NCBI GenBank assembly: GCA_019058295.1
Contig: JAHPZI010000005.1
Coordinates: 1 to 33,292 of the forward strand
Direction: 5' to 3'
DNA from: Promethearchaeota archaeon
GTDB taxonomy: Archaea; Asgardarchaeota; Lokiarchaeia; Sigyniarchaeales; SOKP01
Length of the DNA: 33,292 nt
The notes beneath the pieces were generated by a model. It had not been told where the DNA came from, ran no database searches, and saw only the letters and a program-made list of their open reading frames with translations. Shown here piece by piece: positions 1 through 8,305 of this stretch (the stretch's first letter is position 1; every line of letters starts with the position of its first letter). A program made the position numbers and the translations under genes.

Positions 1-15
1 CGGCTTGCCGATCAT
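1..15 (-). CDS. Possible 5' start of the next gene after hdrB (MIGKP...), running off the window edge
   Basis: ATG at 15-13 on the minus strand followed by GC-richer codons ATC GGC AAG CCG after an AT-rich spacer; too short to identify. Confidence 0.3.
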
Positions 16-92
16 AAAAAATAAAAGAAAAAATAGTAAATAATTAAATACTAAATAAAAAAAAAAAAAATTAAAATATTAAAACTTGTTAA

Positions 93-959
93 TTAGAGAT
101 TTTCTATTGCTGTACCTCGTCGAACACGATGATTCTTCATCCCAATATCTTCAGAACTAATTCCCATTGCTAAAGCAATTAATTCCGTTATATAAAGAAC
201 AGGAATATTATATTCTGCATCGAATTTCTTCGATAGATCTCTCTGGGATGTATCAAAGCGTTGAAAGCAAGCAGGACAGTTCACAACAATCACGTCAGCA
301 CCTGCTTTTTTAACAGAATCTAATTTCTTCTTTAGAATTGCATCGCCATGATCCGGAAACGGACCAGCCACAGCATTTCCACAACATAATGCTAATTCGT
401 CATAATCAACTACATTAGCACCGGTAGCAGCAGCAATCTCTTTCAAATTTACTGGATGTAATGGATCATCAGATTCCATCCATTCTACAGGACGCATATA
501 ATGGCAGCCAGGATGGCAAGCTACTTTTAGATTGCTCATTTGTTTTGTAACAGCACCTTTAATAGCCCCTAAATTTTCCTTAAGAACGTCAACAAAATGC
601 CTTACATCAATTGAACCTTTATATTCCTTTCCAATTTTAGCTAATTCTTTATTAATAGCCTCTTTTTTATTGGAATCATGTTTTAATTGATGTTGAACAC
701 CTCGTAAGGTGTTTGCGCAACCATTACATAAGGAAATAATAGGTTTGCCTTCTGCTTCAGCTAAACATAAGTTTTGGGCGCCCATCGCAAGCCAAGCGGT
801 ATTATCAAAGCATTTCACACCAGTTGGATCAGGACAACACGAAAAAGGAGCTTGTGATGTCTGGACTCCAATTTTATCAAGAACCTTTCTGGATGCTGCT
901 TCTATAAAAGGAATTCTGTTTCCAATTACACAACCCTCAAACATTTTATATTCTGTCAT
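93..959 (-). CDS. hdrB: CoB-CoM heterodisulfide reductase subunit B (two CCG domains)
   Basis: FEGC..., FSCCPDP, CNGC, HPGCH, CCG and NCPACF motifs typical of HdrB; directly downstream of hdrC. Confidence 0.93.
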   Translation of the reverse strand: MTEYKMFEGCVIGNRIPFIEAASRKVLDKIGVQTSQAPFSCCPDPTGVKCFDNTAWLAMGAQNLCLAEAEGKPIISLCNGCANTLRGVQHQLKHDSNKKEAINKELAKIGKEYKGSIDVRHFVDVLKENLGAIKGAVTKQMSNLKVACHPGCHYMRPVEWMESDDPLHPVNLKEIAAATGANVVDYDELALCCGNAVAGPFPDHGDAILKKKLDSVKKAGADVIVVNCPACFQRFDTSQRDLSKKFDAEYNIPVLYITELIALAMGISSEDIGMKNHRVRRGTAIENL

Positions 960-974
960 TTTTTTACCCTCCGT

Positions 975-1508
975 TTATAACTTTTTATCAGCACCTATAT
1001 TTTTTAATAAAGTCTGCACTTCATTAACATTTGGTGCAGCTACGGCTGGTAAGCCCATTTGTTCTCGTCTTCTCTCGATCGCGGGTTGTGATGGAATTGC
1101 TTTACCATTCTCAAAAACAGTTTTTGCTTGAGCTACGACATTATCAGGTGCAAGTCCCGCACCAGAAGTTACGTTTTTAGCTAAACCAATAATTTCAGTA
1201 ACTTCAATCGCCTGTGGACAAACTGTATCACATGTATCGCATACAGTGCAACCCCAAGGAATAAGAGCTGATTTTGAGCCTGCTAAGGCCATCACAATAT
1301 CTTTATATCCTAGAAGTGTCCCTAATACAATCAATCTTGGATCAAACCAATTAGTTACTTCATGGTAAAAGGGATTTGCAACTGATGCGACAGGACAATT
1401 ATCAGTGCATCGATTACATTGATAACAGTATTTTATCTTATCAGATCCAATGTGTACATCCATAATTAATTTCCTAAATTCAAAATCTATACCCAATGGT
1501 AATGTCAT
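975..1508 (-). CDS. hdrC: Heterodisulfide reductase subunit C (2x[4Fe-4S])
   Basis: CYQCNRCTDNCP and WGCTVCDTCDTVCP motifs; C-terminal RRREQMGLP typical of HdrC. Confidence 0.92.
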   Translation of the reverse strand: MTLPLGIDFEFRKLIMDVHIGSDKIKYCYQCNRCTDNCPVASVANPFYHEVTNWFDPRLIVLGTLLGYKDIVMALAGSKSALIPWGCTVCDTCDTVCPQAIEVTEIIGLAKNVTSGAGLAPDNVVAQAKTVFENGKAIPSQPAIERRREQMGLPAVAAPNVNEVQTLLKNIGADKKL

Positions 1509-1557
1509 TTTTTTTCACTTTTTTTTGAGTTTTTTCCATTTTATTTTTTTCATTTTT

Positions 1558-1630
1558 GTTGGTTTTAACCCATGCAAGGGCAGTCATATCCAATCTATAA
1601 TTTTTATTGGATATTTCATCCTAAACCAAC
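1558..1630 (-). promoter_or_regulatory. Eukaryote-like (Lokiarchaeota-type) SECIS element of vhuU
   Basis: Minus strand reads GTTGGTTT-AGG-ATGA-A-ATATCCAAT-AAAAATTATAG-ATTGGATAT-GA-CTG...AAACCAAC: AUGA/GA core, perfect 9-bp upper stem, A-rich apical loop and an 8-bp outer helix; about 80 nt downstream of the in-frame UGA. Confidence 0.8.
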
Positions 1631-1765
1631 GTGTAATTCACGAGAGTAAATTTCTTTACCATCCTCATCAACTACAGTGATGTGAGCGGCACACGATAGT
1701 CAGCAATCAAAACAGCGGACAATCATTTCTAAGACATTTACTACTCCTTCTGGTATATCACTCAT
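1616..1765 (-). CDS. vhuU: F420-non-reducing [NiFeSe] hydrogenase subunit U, selenoprotein (49 aa; UGA=Sec at 1702-1700); absent from the ORF track
   Basis: Manual translation MSDIPEGVVNVLEMIVRCFDC-U-LSCAAHITVVDEDGKEIYSRELHVGLG*; supplies the L2 motif D-x-(C/U)-x-x-C-x-x-H missing from the upstream large subunit; SECIS follows. Confidence 0.92.
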
Positions 1766-1802
1766 TTTTTTTATTCACACTCTATATTAATTTTGATTTA
1801 GT

Positions 1803-3110
1803 TTATTTTATCCATGGATCTGGTAATTTTAATCCATCTAACGCCTTATCTTCAAATACTTGTTTAGCCACATGCATTAATGTCTTTTCAATTCCTGCGA
1901 TATTATGATTTGTCGCAACTAAAAGGTTACACTTTTTACAAATACCATCAGCGTCTGACCAGATATTATATAACAGAAGTCCTCGTGGAGCTTCAGTTAT
2001 CCCTACTCCATTTCCTTCTCTAGGTTGAACATCAAGTGTTTTACAGTCAGGATTTACAATATCTGGATCTTTTAGAAGAGTTGCAATCATTTCAATTGCC
2101 TCAACAGTTTCAATTATTCGTGCCCAATGATAAGCAAAAGTATGGTGTATTACGTTAGTTCCAACTTTTTCCCTCATTGCTTTTAATGCTTCATCTGCGA
2201 GAGGTGTTGCCATTTTATCAGCACAATTTATCATTGCTAAGGTGTTTGCTCTATAGATTCCTTCGGGATATCCAGCAGGTTTATAATACATATGAGTTGC
2301 ATATGAGTGCTCTGGAATATGCTCTCCTAATGCTTCTAAATATCTCTGTGGAGCATAATCGGTTTTTTCTCCCGTTGGAGAAACAATTCGAATATCACCT
2401 TCATAGATATCATGTACTCCATTATTTGTCATTCCAACATAATATGTTGGGACAACACCTACATTAGCAACAACATCCCAATAATCATCTATAACTTTTA
2501 GCGCAATATCTACAGTCTTCTTAGTCATTTCAATTTGATCGTCAATTACTTTAAGGAATTTATCGCGAACGTCTTCATCTAAAGCCTTTTTCATACCGCC
2601 AACGATTGCGGCGATCGGGTGAACAGCCTTACCACCAACAGCAGCACATAGTCTTTGACCGAAATCCATCATTTTTAATGCCATTGCTCCAACATCTGGC
2701 ATCTTATTAATTACATGTACTACATTTCTTAATGCAGGATCTGCCATAGGCCCTAATAAGAAATCTGGTGCTGTTAAAGCGTAGAAGTGAATTAAATGCG
2801 AACTGTATTGTTTAGCATTAATTAAAAGTTGTCTTAATTTTCTTGCAGGTTCAGGAATCTGAACACCCCAAGCATCTTCCACTGCTTTTGTTGGAGTTAA
2901 ATGATGTGGTATTGGACAAATTCCGCAGATTCTTGGAGTAATTCTTGGAATGTGTTCACAATATCGTCCTTCAACAAATTTTTCAAAGAATCTTGTCGAT
3001 TGGATATTAAATTGTACATCTTGAACTTTTCCATCATCTCCAAGAACGACTCTCATTCCACCATGCCCCTCTAATCGAGTTATGGGCTCTACTTCTATTT
3101 CTTTCACCAT
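1803..3110 (-). CDS. vhuA: F420-non-reducing group 3c hydrogenase large subunit (VhuA/MvhA type), lacking the C-terminal L2 motif
   Basis: EPITRLEGHG N-terminus, L1 motif PRICGICPIPH, EAPRG motif; ends ...LPDPWIK with no DPCxxCxxH. Confidence 0.92.
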   Translation of the reverse strand: MVKEIEVEPITRLEGHGGMRVVLGDDGKVQDVQFNIQSTRFFEKFVEGRYCEHIPRITPRICGICPIPHHLTPTKAVEDAWGVQIPEPARKLRQLLINAKQYSSHLIHFYALTAPDFLLGPMADPALRNVVHVINKMPDVGAMALKMMDFGQRLCAAVGGKAVHPIAAIVGGMKKALDEDVRDKFLKVIDDQIEMTKKTVDIALKVIDDYWDVVANVGVVPTYYVGMTNNGVHDIYEGDIRIVSPTGEKTDYAPQRYLEALGEHIPEHSYATHMYYKPAGYPEGIYRANTLAMINCADKMATPLADEALKAMREKVGTNVIHHTFAYHWARIIETVEAIEMIATLLKDPDIVNPDCKTLDVQPREGNGVGITEAPRGLLLYNIWSDADGICKKCNLLVATNHNIAGIEKTLMHVAKQVFEDKALDGLKLPDPWIK

Positions 3111-3114
3111 TTTT

Positions 3115-4437
3115 TTAACCTCCTTTTCTCGATGCTAATGTAAATTTCTCAAAGGTACCAACTTTATCTTTTACTTGAGCAAGCAATTCATCCTTTGATA
3201 AGCTTACATTGAAGCCTTTAATTGCCGTTTCAGCAAACCTTTCTGCTTGATTAACACCCCATTCTGTTTGGCCATAACAACCTGAACATGGAGCATTAAC
3301 CTTAACGCATAAGGCACCACAGCCAGCTCTAGTAACAGGACCCATACAAATATAGCCTTGTTCAATTAAACAATCCTCTAAATTTGGGAGTCCTTCATAA
3401 TCTCTCTTAACTTTAGTCATTGTTGATTTACTACCGATAATTCTATCACAAGTATCACAAACATTTGAGATGTCAATCAAATCGCGATTATCTCTTAAAA
3501 ATCCTAATACATTAGAAGCAATACTTACTGTATCAGGTGGTAAATTTGCTAATGGTGTTTCTGGTGTACCACGCTTTTTAACTTGTTTCAGAATATCCGC
3601 TGACAAATCAAAACCGGCCATTAGCGGTACGTTTAGAAATAATGATAGAAATTCGTTACTCGTCTTTTTATCACCAGAACTAGCTGAAGCGAGATTTTTG
3701 GTCATGTCATTTAATTTTGAAGCGCGTGCAGAGACTGTTTTTGCCGGTCCCATACATCCCACACAAGGATTTCCAGCATTCGGACATTTCAGCGAACAGC
3801 CGATACTGGTAATTGGTCCATAACATAATTTTCCTGCATCTAAAAGGCATCCCGATTGATTTAATGAACAATCATTACAAAAAGCAAGATCATTCATAGG
3901 GAATGGCTTTTGACCTAATAGAAATCCTACAGCACCGAAAATTTGTTCTGATCTTGGAGGACATCCTGCTATATAAGCATCAACCTTGATTATTTTATCA
4001 ACGTTAACAATCTTGTCCTCGAATCCAGGTACATGTTGGGTAGGTTCTCCACCACTTCCATCTGCGATACTTTCAACTTCAGAAAATTTACGTCTTACTA
4101 GTTCTTCCTTGCTCCATTGATTAGCTAATCCATGTACATTTCCATAACAAGAACAACTGCCAAATGCAATGATTATTTGACATTTTTCACGCATTAACTT
4201 TGTTCCTTCAACGTCTTGTTTAGTTCTAAGACTGCCTTCAATGAAACCAACGACAATTTCTCCGGGAGCTCTAGCTACCAATGAATCATATTTGAAATCA
4301 ACTACAGCTGGCCAATAGACAATTTCTAACGCTGGAAGTACCGGTAAAAGCTGTAAATGTAAATCTACCAAGCTTTGGTGGCATCCCCAGCAATCAGAGT
4401 TTTGCCAGAATGCTACTTTGACCATTTTTTTTTTCAC
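3115..4437 (-). CDS. vhuG: F420-non-reducing hydrogenase small subunit (VhuG/MvhG) with a duplicated C-terminal Fe-S module; likely start ATG at 4425
   Basis: DCWGC, EGS, AFGSCSCYG and GCPP proximal-cluster motifs plus two CL-x5-C-x-GP-x-T-xx-GC-xxx-C-x6-C-x-GC-x-G modules. Confidence 0.9.
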   Translation of the reverse strand: MKKKMVKVAFWQNSDCWGCHQSLVDLHLQLLPVLPALEIVYWPAVVDFKYDSLVARAPGEIVVGFIEGSLRTKQDVEGTKLMREKCQIIIAFGSCSCYGNVHGLANQWSKEELVRRKFSEVESIADGSGGEPTQHVPGFEDKIVNVDKIIKVDAYIAGCPPRSEQIFGAVGFLLGQKPFPMNDLAFCNDCSLNQSGCLLDAGKLCYGPITSIGCSLKCPNAGNPCVGCMGPAKTVSARASKLNDMTKNLASASSGDKKTSNEFLSLFLNVPLMAGFDLSADILKQVKKRGTPETPLANLPPDTVSIASNVLGFLRDNRDLIDISNVCDTCDRIIGSKSTMTKVKRDYEGLPNLEDCLIEQGYICMGPVTRAGCGALCVKVNAPCSGCYGQTEWGVNQAERFAETAIKGFNVSLSKDELLAQVKDKVGTFEKFTLASRKGG

Positions 4438-4569
4438 TCTTTATTTTTTATTTTTGTAGATTTTTCAGTTTTAATTTTGTTTTACGTTTATTAAGCATTT
4501 TTCTTTAAAAATATTAGTTGGATAGAAATATACACAAACGGTTAAAAAATTACTGATTTGGTTGTTTTA

Positions 4570-4599
4570 TGAATAATTATTCCTTTGAATAACTATTCA
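4570..4599. promoter_or_regulatory. Two adjacent copies of the TGAATAATTATTCA palindrome upstream of the vhu/hdr operon
   Basis: TGAATAATTATTCC at 4570-4583 and TGAATAACTATTCA at 4586-4599, one mismatch each. Confidence 0.7.
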
Positions 4600-4962
4600 A
4601 TTTATTTAATAAGTATTTTTTCCATTTCAATAAAATTAATGATTTTTATGATTATGATTTTATATTTTATTTAATTTAATTATATTTTTCAGCAATAAAT
4701 AAGAATTTTAATATATTTTATCGATTTAATTTATCTTTCTTTCTAACTGGAATATAATTTTATTGGTTTATCTGAAATAACTTATCTTCGTCAAGAATTA
4801 AGTTCTATTTCCGATCAATTTTTATGAATATTTATTATTAACATTAAAATTACGCTAATTTGTAATTTAAATTTGAAAAAAAAAGAAAAATTATTAAATA
4901 AAGTACTTATAAATTATTAATTTCGAATTCATTTTAAAACAAAAAATTGAATTTATAACTTA

Positions 4963-4976
4963 GGAATAATTATTCA
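4963..4976. promoter_or_regulatory. TGAATAATTATTCA-type operator upstream of the OsmC-like gene
   Basis: GGAATAATTATTCA, one mismatch to consensus; just downstream of TTTATAA (4952-4958). Confidence 0.65.
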
Positions 4977-5023
4977 CATTACATAAAAAATAAAATTAAA
5001 AATAAAAAAAAAAGGATTTAACT

Positions 5024-5530
5024 ATGCCAAGTTTTAAAGAAACATTTGATGCCATTAAGGCAGATTGGGCTGCTGGAGAAAAAAACTTCAATATTGAATG
5101 TGAAATGCTAGCTGACGGTATGCAAACCATGTGTACGATGGGTAATCCTGCAGGAGACGATTTTAAATTATTAATTGATGCTCCTGGCGGATTAAGCGGA
5201 ACAAATAAAGGACCATCTCCATTATTAGTAATTTTAGCCTCGATTGGCGCTTGTATTATTGCTGTTACTAAATTTTGGGCACTTATAATGGATATAAAGA
5301 TAGAAGAATTGAAAGTTTTTTCTCGAGGGCATATTAATTTAGGTGCTATTTTTGGAATTGATGATTCTAAATTACCAGGATATGATAAACTTGAACCTGT
5401 GATCAGAATCAAAGCCGATGCTCCAGAAGAAAAAATAAATGAATTAATGGATAAAGTCCTTACTCATTGTCCTGTAATTACAAATTTTGGCGGAGCATCC
5501 AAAATAACGCCTAAAGTTCAAATTAGGTAA
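5024..5530 (+). CDS. OsmC/Ohr family protein
   Basis: IDAPGGLSGTNKGPSP...LASIGAC and C-terminal HCPV motifs of the OsmC family. Confidence 0.85.
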   Translation: MPSFKETFDAIKADWAAGEKNFNIECEMLADGMQTMCTMGNPAGDDFKLLIDAPGGLSGTNKGPSPLLVILASIGACIIAVTKFWALIMDIKIEELKVFSRGHINLGAIFGIDDSKLPGYDKLEPVIRIKADAPEEKINELMDKVLTHCPVITNFGGASKITPKVQIR

Positions 5531-5744
5531 TACATTTCTATTAAAAATCTTCTACTTTTTTTTTTTAATATTTATTAGAGTAGAAAAGATTATTCAAAAA
5601 AAAATCTAACATTACGAAAGCTCTTGCTTCCTTTATTCTTTAAGGTTTCTAACTTATTATATTAATTTATTTATTAAAAATTGAATAATTTCTGAATACT
5701 TTTTCTAAAAAAAAAGGAGAAAAAAAATAATTGCTTTTTATTCA

Positions 5745-7292
5745 TTATCCAGTTTCTGTTTTTTCAATTATAAGAGATAGGGGTAATGAAAAGATTTGTT
5801 TCATTATAGGAACAAATGGATGTCCTTTTTTATGAACTGCCATACCAACAGCGGCTTCGGCTGCTTCTAATACCATTTCTGAAAGAGTTGGATGACTATG
5901 TATAGTAGACGTAATATCTTCTATAGTTAAGCCATGTTGCATGGCGAGTGCAATTTCGGCAATTAATTCTGAAGCTCCTGTACCAATACAAGATGCCCCA
6001 ATAATTTGAAGTGTGTGTTTATCAGCTAAAATCATTAAAAGACCGTCTTCTCCCATGCATTTTGCTTTACCAAGGGACTCATAGGGAAATTGGCCAACTA
6101 CTACATCTATGCCTAGCTTTCTTGCTTCTTTTCTCTTAAGCCCTACTGAACCGATGTTGGGGCTCGTGAAAATTGTACTAGGAATAACTCTATAATTTAC
6201 ACTCTCGGGATTTATATTGAACCCTTCAAGATTAGATAATGCATTTGCCACGGCAATATCACCCTCATGTCTAGCTACGTGCGCGAGCATTATACCTCCA
6301 TTTACATCGCCTATTGCATATATGCCTTTTATTGATGTTTCTAAAGTTTTTAGATCAACTTCAATTGCTCCTCTATTCATTTTAATTCCTAAGTTTTCTA
6401 AACCTAAGTTTCCAGATTCTTTTTTTCGACCAATAGCTACTAAACATAAATCACCCTCAAATGTAAATTTTTCTGCATTCTCAGTTTGGTCTCTTGGAAC
6501 AGAAGCATCACACGTTATTACTTTAACATGAGAACCTGTATTATTTATAGACAAAACGGCTTGTGAAGTTTCAATTGAAATTCCTCTAGAATTAAAAGTC
6601 TTTTGTAATTCCTTTATAATTAATGGCTCTTCTGTAGCAATAGGCGTAGGAAGCATTTCTAATATCGTTATTTTACTGCCAAAGCTTTCAAATATATCCG
6701 CAAACTCGCAGCCTATTACTCCGGCGCCAATAATAATTAATCGTTCTGGAATTGTAGTGAAAGTTGGATTTAAAATGTCATCACTCGTTAAAATTCTCTC
6801 GTGATCCACATTAAATTGTGGGATTAATGCTGGTGATGACCCAGTAGCAATTATTACTCTTTTAGCGATAATAATGTTGGATTCTTTTCCTTCAATTAAG
6901 ACCTTGAAACCTGAATCCGAGTTGCCTCCAAGAATTTTACCATACCCTATATAAACATCATTCTTCCAGGCTTTTTGTAAATTTTCAATTCCCTTGATTA
7001 ATTCTTGAACGATTTCATTTTTTCGTTCTACAACCTTTTTAAAGTCAACGTCAATATCCTTTACTGTTATTCCAAATTCTTCAGTATTCTTTACTTTTTC
7101 AAGAAGATGTGCAGAAGCCAATAGAGCTTTAGTAGGGATGCACCCAGTATTTAAACACGTTCCACCTAATTTGTCTTTTTCTATCAAGGCAACCTTAGCC
7201 CCATTTTGAGCAGCTCTAATAGCAGCATGATATCCTCCTGGACCCGCTCCTATTATTGCTATATCATATTGCTTCTCTTCTGACAATATCAT
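5745..7292 (-). CDS. lpdA: Dihydrolipoamide dehydrogenase
   Basis: GAGPGGY FAD motif, GGTCLNTGCIP redox disulfide, GAGVIG NAD motif, HSHPTLSE catalytic His. Confidence 0.93.
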   Translation of the reverse strand: MILSEEKQYDIAIIGAGPGGYHAAIRAAQNGAKVALIEKDKLGGTCLNTGCIPTKALLASAHLLEKVKNTEEFGITVKDIDVDFKKVVERKNEIVQELIKGIENLQKAWKNDVYIGYGKILGGNSDSGFKVLIEGKESNIIIAKRVIIATGSSPALIPQFNVDHERILTSDDILNPTFTTIPERLIIIGAGVIGCEFADIFESFGSKITILEMLPTPIATEEPLIIKELQKTFNSRGISIETSQAVLSINNTGSHVKVITCDASVPRDQTENAEKFTFEGDLCLVAIGRKKESGNLGLENLGIKMNRGAIEVDLKTLETSIKGIYAIGDVNGGIMLAHVARHEGDIAVANALSNLEGFNINPESVNYRVIPSTIFTSPNIGSVGLKRKEARKLGIDVVVGQFPYESLGKAKCMGEDGLLMILADKHTLQIIGASCIGTGASELIAEIALAMQHGLTIEDITSTIHSHPTLSEMVLEAAEAAVGMAVHKKGHPFVPIMKQIFSLPLSLIIEKTETG

Positions 7293-7336
7293 CCCTCATG
7301 TGATACGAAATTTTTATTTAAATTCTTAAAAAAAAT

Positions 7337-7945
7337 TCATAAAATTTTTGCTAGATCAACAAAGACCACATTAGATTTTACATTCTCTTCTTTTAAACGT
7401 CTCATGATCTCAATAAAAGTATTCTCTTCACCAATATGTACAAAACTCAATTCAGGATCATTACGATCTTCAATGAGTCTTAGCATCTTTTCAACTATGG
7501 CTTCTGATCTTACTTTTAAATTAATATATCGGTCTAATTCCTGAAGATCCTTTGAATATCGTTCAATCAATATTTTTAGTTCCTGAGCACTGCCCGTGTT
7601 CTTATTTGATAAAGTGTCGTAGGTGCCTAATAATTCGTCCAATTTATTTCTAATCTTGTCAATTTCTTCAGCAAAGTGCCCTTTAACGTAATATGGTAAT
7701 TCTGTTGTAAAATAGGGGATCTCATGTTCCTTCAATACTCGTGATAAATTAGTCTTATCAAATTCCCTTAAAGTCATATATCCTAAATCTATTGTAGCAA
7801 ACTTTATTGGCATATTAAGAAAATTTCCCACCATATCTTCTATGGTGTCATCCTTTACTTCAGCTTCGAGATTTCCCATCATATATATTGAGAAATTCTT
7901 ATCTACTAAAGATTCAAACATCATACTCACCATTTTTTTAACCAC
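7337..7945 (-). CDS. Hypothetical protein with a central coiled-coil-like region; likely start ATG at 7933
   Basis: 202-aa ORF with plausible composition; GAGGTG RBS precedes the ATG at 7933; no recognisable family. Confidence 0.7.
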   Translation of the reverse strand: MVKKMVSMMFESLVDKNFSIYMMGNLEAEVKDDTIEDMVGNFLNMPIKFATIDLGYMTLREFDKTNLSRVLKEHEIPYFTTELPYYVKGHFAEEIDKIRNKLDELLGTYDTLSNKNTGSAQELKILIERYSKDLQELDRYINLKVRSEAIVEKMLRLIEDRNDPELSFVHIGEENTFIEIMRRLKEENVKSNVVFVDLAKIL

Positions 7946-8066
7946 CTCTTAGTTTGTTTTTTTTATTTTTTATTTTTATTTTTAATAATTAATTTATTTA
8001 TTCCTAATATACTAATGTTCATTATCATATATAAAGTTGCTAGTGAATCGTCATTGTTCTTGTGGT

Positions 8067-8125
8067 GATCGATCAAAATGTAGGTAAATGATCGAGAAAA
8101 GATCAATATTGATGAGATCGTGATC
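8067..8125. other. Dense intergenic cluster of six GATC sites
   Basis: GATC at 8067, 8071, 8090, 8101, 8116 and 8122, plus one at 8196, in a divergent intergenic region. Confidence 0.5.
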
Positions 8126-8305
8126 CAATTCAAATATTTGAAAGTTTGCTCACAAAAAAAAGAAAAATAAAACTCTAATCTCAATTATCAGAACCGATCA
8201 TTTTTTCATTTTTTCTGAAAAATTCACTTCTTAAGAATTATTTTAGACTAAATTTGTATTAGAATTAAAATCATCTAAAACATAATTATAAATTAGGTGA
8301 TATGA

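Noticed and set aside
1450-1680. 76-aa plus-strand ORF
   Set aside because: Low-complexity Phe-rich antisense shadow over the hdrC start, SECIS and vhuU, which explain the region better
1700-1702. vhuU as a pseudogene with a premature stop
   Set aside because: The UGA is exactly at the Ni-ligand position, downstream SCAAH is intact and a SECIS follows
4438-5023. Hidden Sec-containing vhuD/mvhD upstream of vhuG
   Set aside because: Extremely AT-rich with many stops and no Cys/Gly-rich MvhD-like signal seen by eye
709-6531. Antisense ORFs 709-1131, 2177-2467, 3470-3823, 4996-5412 and 6217-6531
   Set aside because: They overlap well-supported genes on the opposite strand and have no motifs
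7963-8184. 73-aa minus-strand ORF
   Set aside because: No RBS or motif, composition mirrors AT-rich intergenic DNA; more likely promoter sequence
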